In this document: piece by piece, positions 1 through 11,790 of the stretch
Layout: the number at the start of each line of letters is the position of its first letter
How positions within the stretch are numbered: position 1 is the first letter of the stretch
Assembly: GCA_977018835.1 (NCBI GenBank)
Contig: OZ361256.1
Location: 2,790,001-2,854,000, forward strand
Direction of reading: 5' to 3'
DNA: 64,000 nucleotides
Source of the DNA: Minutocellus sp. GHC0000111
Taxonomy: Eukaryota
Notes under the pieces: model-generated
The model's database searches: none
Seen by the model: the letters and a program-made list of their open reading frames with translations, nothing else
Told to the model about the DNA's origin: nothing
Position numbers and translations under genes: made by a program

Positions 1-294
1 AACACAGTGTAAAAGGGTGTTTTTACAAAAACAGTTTAACAATACATCAGGAAAATCTGAAGAAAGTTGAACCACCAGTATCAGTATCTCGCGCTTCGAA
101 CAATTGCGTTCGCTCACCGTTTCGCTCTCCTTCATGATTCCACAGCCACCGGGGCCGCTCAGTCCTGCGTGTACTTTGCTTTCTTTGCATTGTATGCATT
201 TCATTTTATGGCATAATAGGTGCATCTGATTCATCTCTGTTCACCTGGCTGGCCATAATCCAAAACTGGCACAAGACACACATTGGGTCCCTAC

Positions 295-3200
295 ATGACG
301 GAACCACAAAGTAGCAGCACGGGGACGACGACGTGTAATCCATCGGAAGAAGGGCCGGCACCCCATGCAGCACCAGCACCGTCGTCGTCATCGACGTCCG
401 GCACCAGCACCACCAGCAGCAGCACTACCAGTATCTCCCTGTCGTATCTCGAAGCCGAACTGCACGAGGCCCATCGCCAGCTGAAGTCGGGACGCGTTTC
501 CATCCGAGAAGCCAGCGGTGCGGCTAGTCGACGCATCTCGAGCATTTGTATTGGCATTGCTGGCGGGAGTCGTCGAAACAGCGGAGCAACCGCAGCCCCT
601 CCACCGAGCACCGCCTCCTTTGTCGATTCGTTGGAAGCCGAGCTTGGCAGGGCGGCATCGACCGTCCAGGCAAATCTGGTCAGCCTCGAGAGCGACGCCA
701 GAGCCCTGCTCTTGGATGCCGACGCATTGGCTCGAACTACTACGACCACTGGTGGTGCTACCGCCGATGTGAAAAGTCTGCAACGACGTGCCAGTGAGAT
801 ATCACAGCGAGCATTGCAGCTGCAGCGTCAATCTCGAAAGGATGCCACCGAGCTACGTCGTGTGGCTGGACTGGCCGATGCCAAGCTGGGAACCTCGTGC
901 GGCGACATGGTGGAGAGACGGCTCCAATCCCATCCGTATCCGGTGGTGTTCGATCTGAGCAATCGTGGGGAGGGCATGCTGGTGGTCCTTTTGAACGATG
1001 CGTATTCCATCCTTCGGGATTTGGGTGGTGTTAACAATGAGGATAGTGAGACTCAAACACATGATGTGCAATCGGCATCGGTTGGAGGTGGTGAGAAAGG
1101 CGAGGACGGCAAATGGGTCCCACCATCGTCCTTTGAGCGTGTGACCACCAAATACTGGGTGAAAGAACAGGACCTATCGCAGGTCGTCCTCACATCGATA
1201 ACGGAGTTACCCCTTTTGGTTTACGGTCGCAAAGGTGGGCAGATTCTCGACAGGAAAGATATTAGTCGGTCATATGCTACAGCAACACAGTCAGGCAACA
1301 ACAATGCACTTTGGTCCTCCGTGACGTCTTCCATATCGTCGGTATATTTGGACTCGCCCGATTTGCACCTGTACAACGAACGGCTCAAGAGGAGCGAGGG
1401 GGCAAAGCTGTTACGGATTCGATGGTATGGCAATGCCAAGCCCAGCAGTGACGGCATTGTGTACCTCGAGCTCAAGACACATCACGAGAAATGGCTGCAG
1501 GATAGGAGCGTCAAGGAACGCTGTCCTATTCGAGAGAACGATGTCCCGCAGCTTTTGAATACATCGACTGGAAGGTGAGTGTATTGCATTCGAACATTCA
1601 TTTACGATTGCACATGCTATTCTTTTTGGCTCTATTTCGACCTCTCACCATGTATCTCGGTTCTCTTCTTGCCCCCTCATCGAAAATGCAGATGGGACAT
1701 GCAAAAGGCTTCAGCACTGGTCCGTCTTGCCAATCGCACTGACGATGAAGAACTGATCAATGACCTCAGCGAGTTGCTCCTTCGGATGCGTGGCTTGATA
1801 TGCAAGCTGCAGCTGAGTCCCAGTGTTCGAACATGCTACTCACGCATTGCCTTGCAGTCGACCAGCACCAACAAGGTTCGCTTTACCATCGACCGAGACA
1901 TACAGGTGATTAATGAACGCTCATCAGCATCCAAGAGCTGGTGCCTCAACGATGAAGACACCATCAATAGTGCTTGCGTGATTCAACTTCCGTATTGTGT
2001 CTTTGAGGTCAAGGTGTCTGGAGAAGATGGCGCCCCATCCTCCATCGCTGAGTTGGAGGATTATGGAGTTATCGTCGAAGCCAGGAAATTCTCCAAATTT
2101 CTCTCTGGTGCAAGTCTATTCAATTCCAACACTGTTGATCGTCTACCTTGGTGGGCATCAGATGACGCCTTTGCCCCTCTTTATGGCGAGGATCGCGACT
2201 TATCTGATGGTGTTGAACTTGTCCATACCAGTTCCAAGTCGAGTTCTACTGAATCCACGAGCATCACCACGTATGGCTTTGATTCGACCGGCGCAACTAC
2301 AATAGAACCAAACAAAATCGACGTTGCCAAAGCGGGCCCAAAGAAACGATCAGCTCGACGTCGATCCACCGTTCTCCGCGCGAGTTTCCTTCCGATAACA
2401 AACAGACAACAAGAGATTGCTCCGAAAAGGCCAGCTAGAGTGGAGCCCAAGTCTCATTTTGCCAATGAGCGTACCTTCATTCAATGGTAAGTACTGCCCG
2501 ATGCCCTCCAGTGGTGATGTTGTGTCCTTTCGCTAGTTCTATTCTCTCACAACTTGCCCGTTTGCTTTGTTATCTTATCTCTTTGCAATACTAGGATAAG
2601 CGCGGCATTACTTATAATCACAATATCTCAATTGCTCTTCATCTTGGGAGCCGACCGAAATGTGAAAGCAGCTGGTATTGCGGCCACATGGCTGATTGCC
2701 ATGTCGCTGTTTATAGCCGTCTACGCATTGGCAATTTACTACAGAAGGATCTACCTGATGAGAAGTGGAAAGCCGTACGGCTACGTTGACTTTGTCGGGC
2801 CATAGATTTTGACATCAAGTATCGTTGCAGGAGTTATTCTCCTTCTTGTTTATTCCTACCAAGCTGAGAAGAGAAGCTCATCAATGGTCTCTTCAACGAT
2901 GAGAGAAGATCCCGGACAATGCGTTCGTAGATCACTCCAAGGGATTCCTATATTGGAGCTTCAGCCATCCGGAGCTATCATCGACAATGATAAACACCTT
3001 CTATTGGTGCCGTCCTTACATCGTATTCTTGCGCTGGAAGACGGTGTTCCCAACGACCCAACCAGGGAGAAGCCCGTCCAGGTAGTGACCAACATACCAG
3101 TGGCCAATTTGGAAGCCTTGGAATACATAGGCGACCGGATCTTTGCCCTATCAGAAGGACCAAAAGAATCGGAAATCATCGAATTGGAATGGACGCAAGA

Positions 3201-3815
3201 ACATCTCTACAGCCGACATTTGATTGAAGTGCAACGATGGAAAATTGGCCTTCGAGGGGCCGAGGCGATGGCAGTGGTGCCAGGTTTCGATGGGCTTTCA
3301 CCCTCAAAACTTGTTGTTGCCGGTCTGAGTGACGATGGCAGCAAGGAGAAGAAAAGCTCTTTGTCTATTGATGTCTTTGATGTGGGTTCGTTGACTGACA
3401 GTTCCAACACAGCTGTGAAGTATTCCACCTTGAACAAGAAGACATTGACCAAAGGTCTCAAAGAGGAAAAGGTTGCAAGCATGCAATATTTTGACGGCCT
3501 ACTCTACCTTCTTTTTGACAATGCCCGTATTATTCGAGCATTCGATGTGGAGACGGGTGAGATCATGCAGGAGACCCAGCTTCCCGTGGCTACGATAGGG
3601 AGTGAGCTCGAATGGGAAGGAATGCGTTTGCAGCGTATACCTTCGAGCATCGACCCTGATGCCAACGTGGATCGTCGGCTTCGGCGGGATCGTCTGGCGG
3701 TGAATCACTGATACTTCATTTGGCGCTTGATACACCGGCCCAGGTTTGGTCTCTGCGCCTTAATGAAAGAGCTGATGACCAGGGCTGGAGTCTTCCAAGC
3801 TGTGCCATAGAATGA
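295..3815 (+). CDS. VTC4: VTC4-like vacuolar polyphosphate polymerase: degenerate SPX-like N-terminus, VTC catalytic domain, DUF202-type 3-TM region, extra C-terminal domain. Three exons (introns 1575-1691, 2487-2594); in-frame TAG at 2803-2805 and a frameshift near 3685
   Basis: Motifs ERVTTKYWV, ISSVYLD..LYNERL..EGAKLLRIRWYG, ELKTHHE, VKER, FEVK, KFSKFLSG and RVEPKSHFANERTFIQW match Vtc4. GT-AG introns join the ORFs in frame (TGR|WD; QW|IS). After the frameshift the reading continues LHLALDTPAQVWSL to TGA at 3813-3815. Confidence 0.9.
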
Positions 3816-3995
3816 TAATTACACTAGACTAGAGACTGCTACAGTATAAGTAGAATGTCTGCACAATGGCTCAGCAGTAAAATGTATGCATTAGTAGATA
3901 GAGCAGCTCGAAATAATACGGCGTACGCGCCAGCAACTCCTTTTCCAAATAAAAGCACAGGTGCAAACCACGTTGCAAACATTACTCAAACCAGA

Positions 3996-4571
3996 TTACA
4001 CCACTTTGACCGCCTTCCTCTCCTCAATCTTCTCTCGGCATATTGGACATTCATCGACATGCTGACAATCTGCACATAGAGCGAGATGAGAACAAGGATA
4101 CAAAGCCACACATTTATCGGCCGCCAGACAAATTGCGCACTCATTTCTCCTTTCAAGGTCCAGTCGAGTAGCGGCAGCTGATTTCTTTTCTTCTTCGACC
4201 GCAGTCGCCAGCACATCTTGGGTAATCACATTGAACCAGTCATGCGCCGTGTCTATGCCCTGCCAATACCAACTCGTTTGCACCACCTTGTCCTCTGCGC
4301 CATCATCGTATTCGTCTCTGCAGCTATCGCTTTCGCTGAAGATCAAGCCAAAGTCCTCATGGAACGCCGCACGAAAAATCTGCTGGTCTCTCCCAACATA
4401 CCGCCCGCCGACCCAGCCCTCTCGGCCAGCATCCGTCCGTACCAAAACTCCCGCCGGGCCGTCTTTGTTGGCTTCAAGGACCAGCCAGACACAACAATTG
4501 AAGATGGCGAAGATGAAGAGTATCGAGGAGTGTACATCTTGACGAGATTTGCCGACTCGGCCCAGGTGCAT
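3996..4571 (-). CDS. C-terminal RING-HC (C3HC4) finger protein or gene fragment; start uncertain
   Basis: The ORF ends in CAICL..DKCVALYPCSHLALCADC....ECPICR..IEERKAVKVV*, a complete C-terminal RING-HC. In-frame ATGs at 4571 and 4706 lie inside the antisense peptidase CDS. Confidence 0.55.
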   Translation of the reverse strand: MHLGRVGKSRQDVHSSILFIFAIFNCCVWLVLEANKDGPAGVLVRTDAGREGWVGGRYVGRDQQIFRAAFHEDFGLIFSESDSCRDEYDDGAEDKVVQTSWYWQGIDTAHDWFNVITQDVLATAVEEEKKSAAATRLDLERRNECAICLAADKCVALYPCSHLALCADCQHVDECPICREKIEERKAVKVV

Positions 4572-6574
4572 TACGTCGCACGGCCCATGGCGATGAGGGA
4601 GCAGCTCACCTATTGTGACGAGCCGGTCAAGGAATGCTACCCCGCCACGGCGACCTTCCGAGAGGCCATGGTTGCCAACAAAATCACACCAGAAACCAAG
4701 AATCATGACAATGTGTTAGATCCCAACCGTGATGGTCATTTGTTCGTCTTTGGTCAGGACAGCGGTGGGGATGAAAACACGTCGTACTACCTGCATCATT
4801 CCGGTGGACGGACGTCCAAGCTGCAGCTTCATAATGAGGACGAGGACGGATCCAAGCGCATTATGCACCGCAGTTGGGCCTGGAACAACAACAAGCCCTA
4901 TGCTGCCTTTGTGTCCAATGCCCGAGATGGAACGCACTTTGACCTTTATCTGGTATCTGCTGACGATATTGCTCGGCAGGTTCGGGCGGAACACAGCTCG
5001 GAACGAGGAAATGATGTCATCCCCACCACTTCAATCTACAGCAATACCAAGTCTGGATACTTGCGCATCAAGGACTTTGATCACAACCATTTGCTTGTTC
5101 AGCACTATACCTCTGTCACCGATTCTCGCTTGTATCTTTTCATCCTAGATGAGAACGACATGACCAAGGTGAAATCGATGGAGGAAATTGGAGGAGGCGA
5201 GGAGCCTGCCTCTGTTGGTAGTAGTGCCCAAATTATTGGCGGTAGAGAAAAGAAGGGAGAAGTGGCAGTTGCCTACTCGTCTGATCGTAGTGGTCAGTAT
5301 AAATCTCTCTTCCTTTGGGCGAAGACTAAACATATGATTTCGCATGAAGGTCTTGGAGGCATCGGGCGGGAGATCAAACCATGGGATGTCGAAAGCATCG
5401 CTTATAAATAAGAGACCGGCGACCTTGTTGCTGGCTACAACGAAGATGGCTCTACGGTACTCCACCACTGGCGCCACAGTGGCACCTTGCCGCGCTTGGA
5501 TAAGCTCCGACTTGCTGAGGTGGTGCCTCTGAATGGTTTGGGCATGGGTGTAATGGCGGGGAGCCTAAAATTTGGTTCTATACGAAGCCGATTCCCAGAG
5601 AGTCGATTTGTTGTCGGCTTTTCATTTGTCTCCCCTACATCTCCAGCCGATGCGTACATTTTTGAAAGAAGGCATGATCCCAATCTATATTTTATACAAT
5701 ACACGAAGAGTGAGATCGGAGGACTCGATTCCAGCACATTCGTTAGTCCGTCTCTGATCCGTTATAAAAGTTTTGATGATCTCGAGATACCTGCGTTTGT
5801 TTACAAACCCAATAACAGCGCCAGCAATGATTCGTGCAAGAGCCAGGGAATTCCTGTACTTATTCATCCTCACGGCGGCCCTGAAGGTCAGCATCGCCCT
5901 ACCTATTCAGCCTTTTATCAATTCCTCATGCACAAATTCCAAATAGCAATTATCGACCCTAACGTCCGTGGTTCGAATGGATATGGCAATTCGTTCGTCA
6001 CCCTGGATAATGGCCGGAATCGCGAAGATAGTGTCAAGGATATTGGGTCGTTGATTGAATGGATCGAGGCTGAGGGTAAAGACTCTTTGGCCTTGATCCA
6101 AATCGCATTGCAGTATGGGGAGGAAGCTACGGGGGCTATATGTGCCTCGCTACCCTCATCCACTTCAATGACAAGCTCAAATGCGGAATCGACATGGTTG
6201 GAATTTCCAACTTTGTCACTTTTCTTGAGAACACTGCATCGTACCGCCGAGTTCTTCGACGAGTCAAGTATGGAGACGAATCCGATCCTGAAATGCGGGA
6301 GTTTTTGAACGAGATTTCTCCACTAACAAATGCCGACAAGATCCGAGCTCCTCTATTCGTTTGTCAGGGTAAGAACGACCCCCGCGTTCCAGTTGGAGAG
6401 GCAGAACAGATCTACCAGACTGTGAAAGAGAATGGACTTGAGGCATGGTATATGTTGGCCGAGAATGAAGGCCATGGCTTCCGGAAGAAGGAGAACATTG
6501 ATCAGTATCAAAATGCAATGGTCCAATTCCTTCAAAAGAATTTGGTCGGCGAGCCTGATTCGAAACTACTTTAG
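4242..6574 (+). CDS. S9-family prolyl oligopeptidase / acylaminoacyl-peptidase with N-terminal hydrophobic signal; in-frame TAA at 5409-5411 and a frameshift near 6090
   Basis: Beta-propeller-type motifs (AFVSNARDGTHFDLY, YSSDRSG), HGGPEGQ, PNVRGSNGYG, nucleophile motif WGGSYGG (in the shifted frame), GKNDPRV (Asp) and NEGHGF (His). Confidence 0.9.
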
Positions 6575-6891
6575 CTCGCGAAAATACAAAATAGAAATCA
6601 AATGTGAAGTGCTTGTACTAATTTACAACTTCATCTGGCGTGATAAAGCATGAGTGTGTGATGTCCCTGGAGATATGAAATATGTGAATGTGTGTGGTCC
6701 GACTTTTTCCATGTCTTAAGAAGTGGAGAGAGCCGAGGGGGTTCTTCGCTTGTTATCGGGAAGGTTTTCGAGTTGCCAAGTTAGCTGGAGTAGGGTGAAC
6801 TCAGATATGTGCATTGAAGTGAAGTGGAGATGTGTGATATCATGTGTCTTGGGGTGTGGATAATCGAGCAAGAGCAGGTCGATCTTATGAT

Positions 6892-8322
6892 CTACAGTGC
6901 CGTCATGTTGGACATGGACGTGAAGAGCATCTGGGTCACCTCCTGGATGACGCGCGGATCGCGCTCCTTGGCAAGTTCGGCCAAGCTCGAGGCCATAAAG
7001 TCGTTGACGGTTTTGACGTGCATGGCGCGGTTGCGTTGTCTCATAGACTCCATCTGATGGAGCTCGAGGGCCTTGTTGTTGTCAATGTCCCCATCGAAGA
7101 AGGAGAAATTGGAGGTGGAAGCCGCCGAGGCGGAGGTCACGGTATTACCGGCGATGGATGCGTTGTCCCCATCGCCCAGTGACACTTGGCGCTGGAAGTG
7201 CGTTGCCAGAGAGGAGGAGGGTTCGGCGGCGGCAGTGGTGCTGCTGGTGTCCATACCCACAGTGGTAGCGTCTCCGCTGCCATCACTGACTCCGCCCTCT
7301 GGTCGGACCTTGGTGGCGTCGAGGCTGCCCATCTGGGCGGCATAGATGCGTGCCGGGAGGGTGAACTTGCGCGATATGGAGGCGAGCTGTTCAGAGCACA
7401 CCACGCCCTGGTCCTGCGCGGCCAGCACGGCATGGACGGCCAGGCTGCGCGACTGTTGCTTCTTGATGAGCGATTCGCGGGTGAACAAATGCTCGAGGCC
7501 GCGGGCGCAGTGCTCCTCCTCTTCGTCGTGTTCGTCGGGATCACCGGCGCCAGAGGAGCCTCCGCTTCGGTTCGATGCCACGGATTGGGGTGGGGTGGTA
7601 TCAAAGACAATCTCGCGCATAACCCGTGAGTCGTTGCGCATGGCATCCTTCATCCCGTCCACTTCCTCGAGGGAGTACCAGGTCGAGGCAATCTCCTCCC
7701 GAGTCATATCGTGCCGGGAGGCAATCTGGTATATATGTTTTTGCAGCGGGTTGGTAATCTCGCACTCCACGTAATTTGCGTTGTCATCTTGGCTATCCTC
7801 GGAAGATGAAGATTTGGAAGTGTGTGTTGACACATCGTTCAGACTTCGGCTGGATGTGTCGGCCCTGTCCAGACTAAAGCTCACTCGCTTCTCGATGAGA
7901 CTTGGGGCCTGCATGAGACCACCCGATGACGAACTTCTCGACGGTGACATGCCGGCACCTCCTGACCCAAACAGCCCCATCTCCTTCGCCGTCCGTCGCA
8001 CGGACGGTAATCGCTGCGACATGGGCGGTAGCGACAATATCATGGGCGTCTTGCGCGACAACGGCGACGGACTTATCGGTAGGCGTCCGCCGCTGTTGGC
8101 CGACGCCGACACCATCGAAGTGGAACATACCGACGAGGAGCACGCGGATGAATCGCAGTTGAGCGAGGAGAAGCCCGCCGACGACCCGCCGATGGACTTC
8201 ATGCTGGTGCTCATGGCGTTGTCGGGCCGGAGGCCTGTAACGCCGTGCGAGCAGATGGTCGAATCGTCGTCCCACTCCTCGTCGAGGACGATGATGCTCG
8301 AATCGAGGTGGGCGGAGGTCAT
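6892..8322 (-). CDS. Uncharacterised Ser-rich protein of a diatom-type family (RVSF...WYS..E...CARGLEHL motif)
   Basis: Long ORF with likely ATG at 8322 (MTSAHLD). Contains KRVSF, TWYSLEEVDGMK, CARGLEHL, SR..AVHAVL..Q and LASISR..T..AR..A...G..DA, a pattern I recognise from diatom hypothetical proteins. Confidence 0.7.
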   Translation of the reverse strand: MTSAHLDSSIIVLDEEWDDDSTICSHGVTGLRPDNAMSTSMKSIGGSSAGFSSLNCDSSACSSSVCSTSMVSASANSGGRLPISPSPLSRKTPMILSLPPMSQRLPSVRRTAKEMGLFGSGGAGMSPSRSSSSGGLMQAPSLIEKRVSFSLDRADTSSRSLNDVSTHTSKSSSSEDSQDDNANYVECEITNPLQKHIYQIASRHDMTREEIASTWYSLEEVDGMKDAMRNDSRVMREIVFDTTPPQSVASNRSGGSSGAGDPDEHDEEEEHCARGLEHLFTRESLIKKQQSRSLAVHAVLAAQDQGVVCSEQLASISRKFTLPARIYAAQMGSLDATKVRPEGGVSDGSGDATTVGMDTSSTTAAAEPSSSLATHFQRQVSLGDGDNASIAGNTVTSASAASTSNFSFFDGDIDNNKALELHQMESMRQRNRAMHVKTVNDFMASSLAELAKERDPRVIQEVTQMLFTSMSNMTAL

Positions 8323-10553
8323 GGTTTGATTATTCGATAAATAAAATTGACTTGACCGGGCAAATGGAAAGTTCCGGTTACTGTGTCGGAAGTTTGGCAG
8401 GGCGGAACGGAAGATGTGAAATCGAATCGGACAAGAAGCTTGCTGGCCGCCGAATGAAATCGAAGAACTTCCGTCCGCCCTAAATCGAGAGGCCGAGTTT
8501 TTGGAAGGAAGTATGAATGGCTTTGGAGTTGCGCGCGAGAGGCAGAGGAGTGTTATGCGAGGCACATGCAAGAGAAAGGAGAGGAATATGCGTTGGTCAG
8601 TGGACGGATGAATCAGAGATGCGCGCAATATCGCCGAACTGTGTTTTGTGGACAAGGAAGGTCTTTTATAAATCGGGGCAAAATGTGTGTTCTTCGCGCA
8701 ATTTATTTGTGCCGCGAACAGCGCGGCAGCAGAAAGAGGGCCAAAAGGGCGTCTTGCTTGCCTCGATTTCTGAGGACCGGCTTTATGTGCACGATGGCCC
8801 CGCCCTTCTCCAAGCTCGTCCTTGATGGGCAGAATGTGAACCTCGTGTCCGTCGATCCGGACCTTGACTCTTTGGACGACTGCACGTGCCTTTTTGCGAA
8901 TCCAATCTGTTGCTGCCGACACTCCCGTCCGGGGCTTTGTGTGAGGTGCTGCGAAGAATGCTGATCATGCTACAGCATGCCGGTGTGAATGAAAAAGCGC
9001 AAAGGAAGGAGATGAGACACTATCCGGCACAGATGCATTGCAACCAGAAGCGACAGACGCATGTCTTCCGTCAGGCTCAAGGAGCTTTCCGACCAACCAA
9101 AGTTCCGCCGATCTGTGACGAAGTTGCGACATGTCCATGAAAAAACGCCAGGCCTAATGATGTGCATTTGTCTCCCGGCCGGTGACATGACGCCAACCGA
9201 GGAGAGGAGAAAAGACACCACCATCATTGAATCATCGACTTGCCCTCTCTCGCCTGCTTAAAGAATGAGTGCTTCTGTGGCGGCGGCAGCGGGCAGGCCG
9301 GCAGTTGATGGGTTGGTGCGGGCAAGGGTGCGGGTAACATTTGACATTTGACGAAAGGACTTGTGGAACATTGTCCCGTCTGCCTTGGTGTGGGCTGTGA
9401 TTGCCGAGGGGCCGGGTTCAAGGCAGTTTTTGCCACGTCATTGAGAAGCGTTCTTTGTAAGAAGGGGCAGGAATGCGTGACGTGGTGTTCGTGCCGTGGC
9501 ATGTTTTTCTCATATTTTTCTGTTGGTCGTGTTTCTGATCTTACGTGGAAGAAGTGACGGCTTTCTATTCAAAGTAGACTCGCTCGACTGTGTTAGGGCC
9601 AACACAACTTGCGCCGCGCGCGCCGCAGGACGGATGCTAGGCCTAGCTAGCTACGGACAAAAAATCATAGTGCTCCCCAGAAGAACCGAATTTTCCCATA
9701 GGAGAATCACTCATCTTCAACCAAGTTCGTCCTCCAACGCTGACGAAAGCAAGCGACAATCGACGCTCCTTTTCGGAAGCAACAATGGCCATCGAAGCCA
9801 ATTTCCAGCAGCATGCCGCGACCACCGCGAAAGGTTTTTCGACGCGCATCTGTGGTTGGTTGTTGTGATTTTTATTTTTTGGCTCGAGAAAATCAAATTG
9901 ACACATCTTGTGCCGCTTTTTCATGACTTCTTTGTGCTTGCCGATCGATTTTAACATCCCATGCTCTGATTTCGATCGGACCAAGACGGAACACGTGCCA
10001 AGAGACATGTTGATAAAACAAGCGATCTACAAAGCATCGCCTTTGGATTCATCCGATGGCGCCCGTCGTCGTTGCCTCTTTGTCACATCCGTCGGCTCAA
10101 AAATGAGATGGAAACAGGCCAAAATTAGTGGCTGAACGAATTTTTACGTAATTTTATCGTGGTGCTAGTGGATTCATTTTATCCAAAAAATCGTATCTTA
10201 TGCACAATTTCTACTCTTGGGAAAGCTCTTCACACCGCTCTTGAACATGCAACCGAGGTTTTTGATGATGCGGAGTCGAATGATCGTTTGACCATTCGGC
10301 AGTTTCTTCAGGAACACGTCAAATCTGGCTCAGAAACCCCCCCGTATCTTGAGTTTTCGGTCAATTTGGAGCCCTTCTCGCCTGATTTGGAGCGTGGTCA
10401 AACGTTCATTCGATTCCTCATGAAATTTTCAATAAGTCTCATGCGGAGAGTTTTGCGCTAGAGTTTGTGTGGGAGATAGAAAACGCTCAGGTATGTTCAA
10501 AAGTTTTTGTCGGTAGTAGGAGGCCAGCAAACCAGCAGATCAAAAATAATTTA

Positions 10554-11689
10554 ATGATGAAGACGCCCAGTAAGCCTGCTGCCTCAATCCCGGGAGGGCT
10601 AAGTCTCGACGCTCTAACCAGAGCGTTTGCTTTTCTGGACATTGGCAATGTTTCGTTGGTGGCCAGGGTATCAAAAGAATGGCACGCCGTGCTCCGCATG
10701 ACGGCGGCACAAAGACCGGAGGGGGCCCTCGGGAGCCGGGAAAATGGGAGGCGTGAGTGTGACGGTTGCCTCTGGTTATCTCTGATTCGCAAGTACCATC
10801 CAACAGTAGAAACAATTACCAGGGCACTGCCGGATGATATCGGTGGAAAGAGCAAGTGCAGCTCCGATGACGATGAACCACAAAGAGCAGCGAAGCGCTC
10901 TCGTCTGAACGCCGCAGCACTCAACATCCCCTCTCCATCCAAGTACTGGAAGCAACAATTTCAGCGGGCTTGCATGCTGCAGCGCAATCGCCATCGTGTG
11001 AAGACACCTAGTCCTAACCCCAAGCCCTTGTCGGCATATTGGTTTCAGGTGGATCTGACTCTGTGCAATTCCAAGAACTTACTGCAGAACAATAAAACAC
11101 GAACTAAAGTTGTTTCTCGGTTGTTGGATGGCAAAAACGTTTCGTTCGGCGGTCATGACAAAAAAATTATTGATTTGCTATTCCGCGGCGGTGACGAAAT
11201 GACATATTTTCCCTTGACTCGTTTGGAATTGGTATCACCGTTGTCGACAAAGGGACGGGAGGACAGGCTACCCTGTACGCGCACAATCAGGGGGCGGATA
11301 TTGGTGGCGGTCCACACGTTGACTCGTGGTATTTTCCAGATCATCAGACGTTTGACTACGCAGCAGGAATACTGCATGATCTTGGGAGTGATGATAGGTA
11401 TCGTGTGGGATTGGGGTGTGCCTTGAAGGTAAAAAAGGGAGGCTGCGACGGAGAAAGGGCTGACATTTGGCGATACGATGAAACCGTATTTGATAGGTAC
11501 GGCAAAGGATTGTTTGATCAACCTCCTCCACTAGAGAAGTTTCTAAAATGTTCGTGTGGAAAAGAGTGGCAGTGTTACTGGGATCTGAAATTAGAGGTCA
11601 GGCTCTATGAGTTGTTTGACGAAGACACCAGCGGTGATCTCGCACCGTTAGAACAGCTGCGCTTCCTTGAGAACCTAGTTTTTGTTTAG
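10554..11689 (+). CDS. F-box-like protein; frameshift near 11212
   Basis: N-terminal LSLDALTRAFAFLD..NVSLVARVSKEW followed by LWLSL is F-box-like. The shifted frame reads FDSFGIGITVVDKGTGGQATLY and joins ORF 11405-11689. Confidence 0.6.
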
Positions 11690-11790
11690 AGATGGCTGGT
11701 ATGGCTATGCAAGGAGACACAATACCTGAATATGATTTCTTCGTTAGAGTTAGTATTGCATACTTTAAAGTTGGGGGGGGGCTTCTAAAT

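Noticed and set aside
6560..6574. Peroxisomal targeting of the peptidase (SKL)
   Set aside because: The protein ends SKLL, so SKL is not terminal, and it has an N-terminal hydrophobic signal.
8323..8922. N-terminal 200-aa extension of the 676-aa ORF
   Set aside because: Composition looks like UTR/promoter sequence; ATG 8322 preceded by caaacc is the more plausible start.
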